Shown here piece after piece: positions 13,239-24,270 of a stretch of 64,000 nt of DNA. Origin of the DNA: Kudoa neothunni (lineage: Eukaryota; Animalia; Cnidaria); assembly GCA_964304625.1 (NCBI GenBank), contig OZ199838.1, positions 3,204,147 to 3,268,146 of the forward strand. Direction: 5' to 3'. The notes beneath the pieces were generated by a model that ran no database searches, was not told the origin of the DNA, and saw nothing but the letters and a program-made list of their open reading frames with translations. The first letter of the stretch is position 1; each line of letters starts with the position of its first letter. The translations under genes and the position numbers were made by a program.

Positions 13239-16200
13239 ATGGGGAGTGAAAAGTGATATTTTTTACTTCCCACTTTAACATATTTATTAATTATGCTAAG
13301 TAGAGATCATAAAGAAGGCAAAACAAAGTCATCTAAACAATCTAAAACCAATCCAAAAGAAGTACCTTCCAAAAGTAGCAAAAGTTCTCGCAGTAAGTCT
13401 AAAAACAGCTCTTCCACTGGTGGAAACAGAAAAAGAAAATATACTGATGAAGAAAAAAATTTAACCAAAGAAACAAATGAATTAGATCTAAGCAAAACCG
13501 AGTAATTTAGTTTTGGGTGCCAATTACAGTCCTCTCATTGCTTATTGGTGGTTGATTAGTGGAGTCGATGATAGAGAGAAAATTGAGCAGGAATTGATCG
13601 ATGTTATGGAACAACGCCGTAAAAGATTGGAGGAATGGAAAGAACAGCTAGGAAACAAACAAGAGCCAGTCGAGCCCGACAATAGCGAACCCATTAAAAC
13701 GTGGACTTTGGACAATGAGGAGGAAGAGGATGAAGAGCCTGTTGAATCGGTCGCTATAGATACAAATTCCATAAGTATTATTTATTAATATGCAGTCGTG
13801 CCCAACTGTAATAAAATTGTTTTATTAGTGCCTGAAGTGGATCCCTTGGATGCGTATATGGTTGAGATTTCAAAAGAAGTCAATTAACTAGTTTTATTAT
13901 ATTATTATTTTAATTTATCACAATAGATTAAAAATATTGACAAAAACGATAACTCAAACAATGTATCTGATCACACCACGAAAATGTGTATTCATGGGAG
14001 TTTTGTATAGTTGAGATCGAAGAATTTTGTACCAGAAATAATTGAACAGCATCAAGATAACGCTCAAGTTGGCATCTACTATTGATTTGGTTGTGGATGG
14101 TTTGTTTAGTTTGCAGCAAGTGATGACGAAGATGATCCTTTCAGTAAGATGGATCTTCTTGAGTTGTCAAAGAGGAAAAATAAAAAGATGCTCGAAGCGC
14201 CCGATCATTCTATGATTTATTATATAAATTTTAGAAAGGACTTTTATCGGGAAGTGCCAGAAATTACGAATATGACCGCTGGAGGTAAATTTACATGTTA
14301 AATTTGAATCTTCAGATGTTGTTTTAATTCCATTAACTTTACGAAAAATTCTTATTTAATTTATTATTAACCCACGAATACCTGAAGATGGCCATTGCGA
14401 CCACACGATAAAATGTATTAAAATAATAAATTTAATAAAAATAAACCAATGATGCATTTCTGGGTCGGTTATTTGCGCACGTGAGAAGCACAGGAATAAT
14501 TATGCCTGTACATACTTTGAATAGCGTGAAAAATTAGAAATAAATTTTTCATAATTGCTTTATATTTCACATTTTTTTTCTTATTATTATATTAACAGCC
14601 GAGGTTTTGTTTTATTATGAAACTTCTTCTCCTACTGACAGAAATATGTTAATTAGATAAATTCGTACTTTATAAATTGAAATTTGACATTACAAATTAA
14701 ATTATGAATAAGAATATATATTTAATCTACGGGTTTTTAGATTTTAAATTATTAATTATGACATGAAGGTCTAAATTAAACTTTAAACAATTATTTTAAG
14801 TAAATACTTTTTGTTGATGTGTAATTTAACAAATTTATTATTGTATGCTTGATTCATATGCCAGATTAAATTAATTAACAGAATCAAGTTGTTATAGAAA
14901 CTAAAAATGAATCTAAAAAAATCCCTGCTTAAAAACACATTTATAATTTTTATTTTACACGGAAAAGCTTTTTTATATATTTGAGCTATTTTAACGTTAT
15001 TATATGTTAAGGTATGTGTGTAACCTTTTTTCTTCATTTGATTTTAAGTGAAAAAATTAAACTTCAAACTCCATTTCTTGAGTATTTTTGTCAAAAGCAC
15101 CATTTTTCTATAAAATACACGCAGGGAAAAATGGAAATAAAATATTTTGTAACGGTTGTTAATATAATAAACGCTGATTGGCCATCTCCAGGTATTCGAG
15201 GGTTAATAGTTATTATTAATGATCATCAGTGATGTCAGATATTGTAGTTACGTCTCGTTTGAACATTCATAAAAACAAATTGGTTAATAATTGGCTAATT
15301 TGTTGAATATAGAGGTGATTGCATATCGTAAACAATTAGAAAATATTCAATTTAGAGGAAAGGGATGTCCTAGACCTGTTAAAAAATGGTCCCAGGTTAG
15401 CAGAATTTTTATTCTATATTTTATCAAATTATAAAAATTACATAAATTTTACGTATGTAGATGGGTCTTAGCGTTAGAGTGTTGGATACATTAAAAAGGT
15501 AATTGATAAGAATAAAAAAACAGTGTGCGTCATTAATATTTGCATTGAAGGAACAATTTCCTTCAACCCACTCCAATCCAAGCACAAGCGATCCCATGCG
15601 TTATGTCTGGTAGAGATGTGATTGGTATTGCCAAAACAGGAAGTGGAAAGACATTAGCTTTTTTGATACCGATGTTTCGGCACATCTTGGACCAACCTCC
15701 TTTAGAGATTGGTGATGGCCCTATTGGTATGTCCACCTATTTGTTAGATGCTCTATAAAATCTGTTTGTAAAATTATCGATGATTAAACGCATTTGTAGC
15801 TTTGATTATGACTCCTACTCGTGAGCTAGCCCTTCAAATTTATAAGGATTGTCGTCTGTTTGCCAAGTCACTTCATCTAAATGTGACAGCTGTCTATGGT
15901 GGCAATACTATAAGTGAACAGGTTTATTTTATTGCCTATCATGCACCAACCAACGTGTCTGTTGTATTTATTCTCGAACTACTGTATTAGATAAGCGCGT
16001 TAAAAAAAGGATCTGAGATTATTGTGTGTACTCCAGGTCGAATGATAGATATGTTGACAGCTAACAATGGTATCTGTTGTGGTCGTTTCATTTTTAACTC
16101 GGCATATTACTGTTACCTAGGAAAGATAGTCAACTGTAGACGAGTTACTTATTTGGTGTTGGATGAAGCTGACAGAATGTTTGATATGGGTTTCGAACCT

Positions 16201-18458
16201 CAGGCAATTAGATTTATGTGCCAGTTAAATTTGATTATCATTGTAAAGGTTACCAAAATTATTGAGCAAACACGCCCAGATCGTCAAACAATTTTATTTT
16301 CAGCCACTTTTCCACGTATCATGGAGTCTTTGGCTCGAAGAATTCTATCAAAACCTATAGAAGTAAATTGAGTGTCTGGGTTATTGATTCAGCTATGTTG
16401 ATGTGAAAAGATTCAAGTTGGAGGTAGAAGTGTGGTTTGTAATGATGTCGATCAACGCTTGGTATGCTTTGATTTTTGGAGCTGAATTTATTGGTGGAAT
16501 AGATTTACATTGATGAGGATTTCAAATTTTTCAAATTGTTAGAGTTGCTAGGAATTTACAATCAACAAGGTTAATAATCAATAAAGACAAATGAATTTAT
16601 ATTAATTGTAAAAATAAAAGGTTCCAAGTTGGTATTTGTTGAGAAACAAGACAGTGCAGACATGCTTTTGAGAGATCTACTCAAAAAGGGCTATCCATGT
16701 TTATCACTTCATGGCGGTAGATATGTGGATGTATTGAATAAAATCATATTTTTATTTAAGGAATGGATCAGTACGATAGGGACAGCACTATCAATGATTT
16801 TAAAAATGGCGTTTCTGACCTTTTGATTGCCACATCTGTTGCTGCTAGAGGTTTAGACGTGAAAAATTTAAACCTGGTTGTTAATTACGATTGTCCTAAC
16901 CATTACGAAGACTATGTACATCGTTTGCGGGTAAATCATTGTTTTCTGTAGTCATGATACAATTGTTTTCTAATCATTGTATTCTGGTGGTTAGGCGTAC
17001 TGGTAGAGCAGGAAATAAAGGTGTAGCTGTGACATTTATCACGTCTGACGATATGGAGTAATATGGAATGTTTTGATAATAGTTTAATTGATTTTTAAAA
17101 TTTCTAGCAATGCTAGCGATATAATAAAATCAGTGGTTTCGATGAACATTGAGGTTCCTAACGATTTATTCTCAGCATGGTTGGAATACATTGATAAATT
17201 AAAAGAGGTACTGTTTCAAAATCCACTTATTACTGATTAGATCCGCATTTTTTTGAAGGATGGCAAACTTCCTACAAAACGTACTGGGTTTGGTGGTAAA
17301 GGGTTCACATTTACTGAAGAAGAACAGAATAAAGTTAATGAAGCTAAAAAGATGCTTGCATGGGTATTATTCTTTAACTATCGACTAAAGAACGGATCAG
17401 TGCAATGAATGCATTATTATATTTCATATTATATAGACACATGGTTTACAAGATTCTGATGACGAAGCTGAAGAAGAGGAAAAAAACCCTAAACAAAGTC
17501 TATTTTGTTTTTGTTCAGAATATATAAAAATAATTTATATGGTTAGATTCAAGCTGATATTGATCGTGCTTTTGGAAATAAAATGCAAAAGACCACCTTA
17601 AAAGAAGCGGTAGCCAGAAATAATGTGACATCAGTCGATCAATGTACATATATAATTTGATTCACATACCTAACAGTTATCATCATCATCATCATCATCA
17701 TCCAATATAGCTAAGTTGTCGTTGGCTCAAAGTCTCGCTTCAAAATTAAACGATAAACTAAATCCGGCCAACAAACCTGCTGAAAATGTGAATTCATTTT
17801 ATATGATTTATTTTATTAGTAACTACAACCTAGGCTGTTTCATTTAAAGATGCAGCTTCAACTCTGTTGGAAGGCGGGGAGGTTGGCAAGATTACTCTCA
17901 CAGTAATCATTCGTTTGGGGTTGTTTTACAAAAATTAAACGAATTATTATTAAAATAGCCCATGAATCTTGCGAAACAAATTGCCGACAAAATTAACGCC
18001 AAAATCAACTATACTGCATCTGAAAATCCAGAAAATGAAGAGGAAATACAAGGTGACTACTTTATGGAAGAGATCGATATCAATGATTTCCCTCAACAAG
18101 CTCGTTGGAAAATCACTTCGAAAGTATACAGTGTGTACTTTTATAACTCTCATATATCATATTAGGAAACAATCGCGTCGGTTATTGAACTCACCGAATG
18201 TGCCATCACAGTCAAAGGTCAATACGTACCTCCAGGTAAAACCCCAGAACAAATGGGCACTGATAGGCGCTTGTATCTCATGATCGAATCGACAGTGGAA
18301 ATGAATCTTCAACTGGCTAAATCCGAACTCAAACGTATCCTAAAGGAAGAGCTACTAAAATTGGTATCTATGTGTCCGATAAAACTTCTCTTAATATTGG
18401 TTTCTAGGATACCTCTTATTTGAGACAGTCAACATCAAACCGTTACCGCGTAGTTTAG
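13239..18458 (+). CDS. DDX46: DEAD-box RNA helicase DDX46/PRP5, 28 exons
   Basis: Spliced product has [79 protein letters not shown](C)[21 protein letters not shown] and ends NRYRVV*. There are 27 introns, 26 of them 41-73 nt. One-nt corrections are needed at ~16925 (extra T) and ~17483 (extra A). Confidence 0.95.
14371..15202. mobile_element. piggyBac-type MITE in DDX46 intron 7
   Basis: TTAA|CCCACGAATACCTGAAGATGGCCA ... TGGCCATCTCCAGGTATTCGAGGG|TTAA: 24-bp TIR with 2 mismatches, TTAA TSD, no coding capacity. Confidence 0.9.
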
Positions 18459-19146
18459 CGAATGATAAATTTTTGACATAACTCAAAATAACTATTTTAT
18501 TATTGTATATTAAAATTAATGCAATAAATTTTTCTTGTTTTAAAAAAATATTAAATAATTTAAGAAAAGTATGATAATTTTCCTGATTCTTATAAAGGAG
18601 TTTAAGATAGTACACTGGGACCTTGATTATCTGGAAATCGCGCAATCCGAAAGATATTTTATATTTTAATTGGACGTTATTGAAGTTACCTGTCGACATA
18701 TACAATGTAGCATGTATACTAAGGCAATATTTAAAGTAAAAATATTTCTAGGTTTATTATTTATAAATTTTTCTTTTAAACATAAGTTATTCATCCAATT
18801 CTTATATAAATTTGTACTATATCCGAACATATGCCTGTATGTATATTAAACCAACATTAAGTACCGATTATTTAAAAAAGTAGAGTACTCCGATGTAGAC
18901 GAGTTCTTCTACCCTAAATATGTACTGTTTTTTCTTTGAAGTCTCCATATTTGTAGTTAACAGATTTTTCAATATTTTTAATTTAAGTTTCAGAAGTTAA
19001 ATTATTGGATAAAATTTAAAATACGCCCCCCTAAAAATTATAATGAATTGCAACATGTCAGATTAACGTGATAACAATTCCACTACACATAAAAGTAATT
19101 ACACAACATATATTAATCAAATAATAATGATATAAATAAATTTAAT

Positions 19147-19500
19147 TTAATAAACGATTTCTAATTCATCAATATCAGCAAATTCATTTATAGATGAGGT
19201 CCGCTTTCTCGGTGATATTTTATATTTAACCACATCCCATGTCCTCTCGATTGTATTTATATGTGCGCCTGTGGTTGCATTCAGATATTTTATATTGTGG
19301 TTAACCTGTAAATGATCGTAAAATTCATGTAGTTGATTGTAACTGGAAAAACAATCTGTGTATATCGTAGGTCCTTCTAAAACTTGGGTTTTTATTAGTG
19401 ACAATAATGTTTGAGCAGTTCGATTAGGAGCGTCCTTCTTTCCTCGGTACGATCAAATCCGCCATGGACCCAAGCGCCATTAACCCTTTGTAGATGATTA
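19147..19500 (-). pseudogene. Merlin/IS1595(ISXO2)-like transposase fragment
   Basis: TIYTDCFSSY...VNHNIKY...GAHINTIERTW motifs. Confidence 0.8.
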
Positions 19501-19648
19501 TCGGAAAGTCACGTAAAGGTTGAACCGAGCTCCAAGAGCCCAGTTGAAATAGTTTAATCACTTCAGAGCTCAACAATTGGTCAGGTTGATGTTTCAGGCT
19601 AATTACTTTTAAACTAAAATCAATTATTTGTTAAAATTCACTCTAATA

Positions 19649-21159
19649 TAGGGTTTTCCGAGCTTTAACAACACGTGTCTAAATTTGGAATCTAATTAAG
19701 TAGAGAATTCATATTTATAATTCAGAAAATATCAAATGAGTGGTAATTATGTATAACATAGTTGATTTGTATAATATTTATGAAATAAATAAGATACCAG
19801 TAACGATTCTCAAATTACAGCCCCCAAAAAAACGAGACGGACAATCTCAAATGTCACAAGGTCAATGATTATTAACCAATGTGAAAAAAAATATAGCAAC
19901 TCTATAATTGCAGAAAACGTCGGTGTACATCGATGCACCGTTGCTTCAATTGTAAAAGCCTACCTAGTTGACGGAAAGGTAGAATCTTTAAAGCGGGGTG
20001 GCGATTATTCCACAAAGCTAACTGATGAACAAAAGTTGTTTATTAGAAATTGGGTGGACGAAGACGCAACAATTACTCTCAAAGCCCTTCGCCTGAAATT
20101 AATTGACGAATGTGGAGTAAGCGTAAGTGCAAGCACTATTAACAGATGCTTGAAACAATTCCACTATTCGTTAAAAATAGTTACAATTGTCCCCGAGCGA
20201 AGGAATTGTGAGAATACTTTAGAACAGCGCCTTGTGTATGCTCAAAACTTTAACTCAAAAATTCTTGAGATTGAAGATAAAAATTTTATTTTTATCGATG
20301 AAGTTGGGTTCAGCGTATCTACGCGAACTAGAAAAGGTCGTTCCCTTGCTGGTACATCAGCTTACGTTCCTGTTGGAGGCGTTAGAACAAGGAACATATC
20401 CGTTATAGCCTCAATGAGTAAATACGGTATGGTATTTTATAAAGTTAATCGGCGACCAGTGAATGGAGAGGATTTTAAGGAATATCTTATTGAGCTAGTA
20501 GATTTTTGTCACTCGATCGAAATAGATAATCCATGCTTCATATTGGACAACGCGAGAATTCATCATTATCGTGGACTTACAGATGTGCTGAACTCTATGC
20601 AATTGATATTGATGTACCTGCCTCCATATTCGCCATTTTTGAACCCGATCGAAAATGTGTTCAGTAAATGGAAGAACCATGTTATACGGGGCTCAGCAAG
20701 GGATGAACCTGATCTTTTAAACCTAATAGATGATGGGTTTAAAATTATCACTCCTGATGATTGTTCCGGATACTATCGAAAGATGCTTCGATATGTTTCC
20801 AGATGTCTCAACAGAGAAATTATTATGGAATAAATATAAATTTTATCATCTTTAAGAAGATTATATATTATATCCTCCCAATTTGACATTATTATTTTAT
20901 ACGCGCATAAAAACTGCGGAATTTGTAATTAATCTTGAGTTACATCTAGTGCTGTGTTAATTTAGTAAAGTTTATTTCATTTAAGCTTAATCACGTTTAT
21001 CGTTGTGTATAAAAATTTTGTTTTTAATCTCGACTTGTTAAAAAAGTTCAAATTATTTCTTTTATTAGTTAATGCAGCAAACCCTGGAATCGTGTTGTTA
21101 AAGCTTGACACAATGTTGCTAATGCTTGACACAGTGTTGTTAAAGCTCGGAAAACCCTA
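19649..21159 (+). mobile_element. Complete Tc1/mariner-IS630 superfamily DD34E transposon (1511 bp)
   Basis: TA|TAGGGTTTTCCGAGCTTTAACAACAC ... GTGTTGTTAAAGCTCGGAAAACCCTA|TA: perfect 26-bp TIR with TA TSD. ~21-bp tandem repeats lie inside the right end. Confidence 0.95.
19736..20833 (+). CDS. Intact DD34E transposase
   Basis: HTH domains, FIDEVG, ILDNARIH, and LPPYSPFLNPIE with 34 residues between D and E. Probable first exon ATGAGTG (19736-19742) and a 51-nt GT-AG intron (19743-19793) join in frame to the ORF at 19865. Confidence 0.9.
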
Positions 21160-22896
21160 TAAATTCGTCACCAATTGTAAAAAATATAAGTTCAGTATCA
21201 GGTAGCATGCCGAATATGAAAGTAAATATGATTCTAACAGATTTTTTAACTTCTATTTCAATCATATATTATTTAAAATAAAACCCGAAAAATCACTATA
21301 TGATGTTTTATTCTTATTCCTACATCATAATCAGTAACATATGTTAATTGATTTTTATATATACTTGATTCTATTGAAAACCGGACAAATTTTTCAATAA
21401 ATGTTTGTACATTTTAGGATAATTTGTAATTTTACATGAATATATATATATATATATCAGATTTTTATGTATGAACAGTAAATGTCTAAAAAATAGTAAC
21501 AGATACATAACGATTAAATCAAATAAAAATCTTCTTCAGATTCATTTAATTCATTAGATGCAATGCTTTCAGTGTCGGACGTACAAAAATCATTGGAACC
21601 AATAAAATCTATCAGTGTAACAAGAAATTAAACGTAAGAGATTAGTTGAGCATAATATTAAAATTATTGGATACAACAATAATCCACTTTAATGAAAGCT
21701 TGACTTAAAATCAGAAGAAAAATAATATTCATTAATAATAACAACCATTAGAAAACACAATATAATGAATTTAAATGAACTTCCGGTTTAAAGTGAGGTT
21801 TTATTCGAGATTGAAACGCCAATTTAATGAGCGAATGGGCTCGTGGAGCCCATGATTATCTACAACAATTTATCAGGGTGTTTCCTATGATATCTTCATA
21901 ATTCAAACTACCTATTACTAAATGACTGGGGCATTTACAACATGTAAAAATTGTGAGAATGGGGGAGAGTGTGGTACCTGAGAATCACCATCTTGAAAAT
22001 TCTTTTACTTCCTAATTTTTCCACGATTGTTTATAATAAAATAAAATAATACCGAGAACAAGGATACAGCAAAAAATGTCAGCTCCTAAATTTTAGCAAT
22101 TCTTAACCCGAACAGTGTCGGATGCACATGCAATCTCCATCGTGTGACAATAAACATTGAATTTTCTCTTTCACACTCCTCTTATTAACTCGACTGTTAC
22201 ATATTATCAATATTAAAATTTTTTTTTATTTTAATATAACAACATTAAATTGATAAACTTAACAACAGGCCTTTCGCATTTTTCACACAAAACATCATAT
22301 TTTCTATTACATAAATATGTTGTATTAACTACAAATATGTATAAACAAGTTTGCTATAGGTATTTTTAGTTTATGATTTTTTTGGACGATTTTATATTTA
22401 CATATAGAATGGTTATACTTGCATTTTTATTAACATTTATCAACTGCAAAAATTATATATGTTAATATCATCAGTTCTTGTTGATAATTAAAATGGAAAC
22501 CAGAATCAAATTTGATTATAAATGTTCACGACGATTATTATAGTAATTGCAATAATTTCTATGCAACATGTTTAGAATAACACATTTGTCAATTTATTAC
22601 TATATTAACACAATTTATGAGCAATCTAACACATTTTGTTATAATAATCGCATAATTCTCAATTAAGTTATAAAAACGGCGACAATAATTTAATAATTTT
22701 AAAGCGTTATTTTTTAATTTACATGTTTACTTCATTATGAAAAAGATCTTAGAGAAAATTTTAATATTATATTATATTTTTCAGGTAAATAAATCTTTTC
22801 GAAATAATAAATGAATTATATAGTAATGGAATCTTCACTGAGATATTATGTTTATTAGGCAAACAATTTTTTATTGTTAATCTCATTTCAATAAAT

Positions 22897-23484
22897 CAGG
22901 GGTTCTCAACCAGGGATAAATTAAGTAACATCAAAATTGGATGTGGAATTTTTTGCTTTATGTGCTTGTGATGTATTGCAGGATTTCTAAGGAATTATAT
23001 TATGTGGGGCTATTAAAATCAATATGAATTAAGGAGAAATTTTTGTTAAATTTTTTAGGAATAAATATTTAACAGTTATTTTTAAAACTATTATCAATCT
23101 CTATCTTTTATACCTCTTTTATTTTTTGATGATGCATCCCCTAATAATAATACTTATACTTAACATGACTATTTTCATGGTAATTAATATTTATGGGTCA
23201 ATAGTTGTGACTACTTTAAATATGTCTAGGCCGTAAGAGCGAAGAAATTGGCAAGAAATAATTTAATTTGGAAAATCTGAAAAATTAAATCTATGTACTG
23301 CTTGTAAAAGTTGATGGAATAAAAATTTTCATTTTGCGAACGTAAGTGTCTTTTAGGACAAAAATTAACCCCTTCAACCTCAAATAATTTCTGCTATAAC
23401 TAAACCAGTACAAAACCTTACAGTAAAAGTGAATTTTGCTTCCAAGTTAAGGGGGTAAATTTGAAAAACCAGTTGAAAACCCTG
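22897..23484. mobile_element. hAT-type MITE
   Basis: CAGGGGTTCTCAAC ... GTTGAAAACCCTG termini. Degenerate 8-bp TSD CAATAAAT/CATTATAC (5/8). Confidence 0.6.
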
Positions 23485-23626
23485 CATTATACGATTATAT
23501 TCGATTTATTTTATTTTTAATAGAACACATCTAATATTTAACTCAGCATGGATTGTATATATTTTATTATATTATTATTTTTATAATCGTATTAGGGTCG
23601 GATTTTAAATGTATATATCTTATAAT

Positions 23627-23695
23627 TAGGGAATAGCGTTTTCGACGTTTATTTTCAAGAAATTCGATGGCTAAAATCGAAGACAGCATTCCCTA
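23627..23695. mobile_element. 69-bp minimal hAT-type element
   Basis: TAGGGAATAGCGTTTTCGA ... TCGAAGACAGCATTCCCTA flanked by a perfect 8-bp TSD CTTATAAT. Confidence 0.8.
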
Positions 23696-23819
23696 CTTAT
23701 AATATACCACATATATTCTCTATGCATTAAAAAAGCTGTAATATCGTTAATTTCATAATTTTTGCATATTCATAGATAGAAATGTATTTGTTTATTCATT
23801 CAGTAGTATAATTAATCAT

Positions 23820-24270
23820 ACTAAAAACGTTATTTAAACGTTCAAATTTTTTTTCCATAAATTGATCTGAACCATTCCTCAGGTAAATATGTTTCTAAGT
23901 TTTCAAAAGAAACTACTCTTTTTATTCATAGGAATTTTGTTTTCAGTCTTCCCCAACAGGCCTCTATGGTATTAGTGTGAAACCCATCGCGACCATATTC
24001 TATAGAATGATTAATTTGTATATGATTATAACCAAGTGATGATAAACTATTGTAAGCTGACCACTCATCAATAAAAATGGTCGACCCAGAAATGACTTAA
24101 TTCTTGATAATTTCGGTCAAGGTTTCGGAATTTCCTTTTTCGACGTAGAAGTATCGAACCTCCTTTAGTCATCTTTTGTTATTGTCGTCGACTTGACAAA
24201 GTGTCAAACCAAACATCCACGGCCCGTCAATACGGTTATCGTATCTTTCTCTTCTTGCTGAATTTATATA
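23820..24270 (-). pseudogene. Merlin/IS1595-like transposase fragment
   Basis: Minus strand reads SGSTIFIDEWSAY...INHSIEYGRDGFHTNTIEACWG, with stops. Confidence 0.75.

Noticed and set aside
13307-13772. Antisense and alternative-frame ORFs overlapping real genes (also 35665-35982, 42464-42688, 43347-43631, 49979-50206, 50712-50948)
   Set aside because: They are shadow ORFs of coding exons with no independent evidence.
17679-17703. (TCA)n microsatellite
   Set aside because: It is simply the poly-Ser tract of a DDX46 exon.
21085-21150. ~21-bp direct repeats resembling a CRISPR array
   Set aside because: They are tandem with no spacers, part of a transposon end, and in a eukaryotic context.
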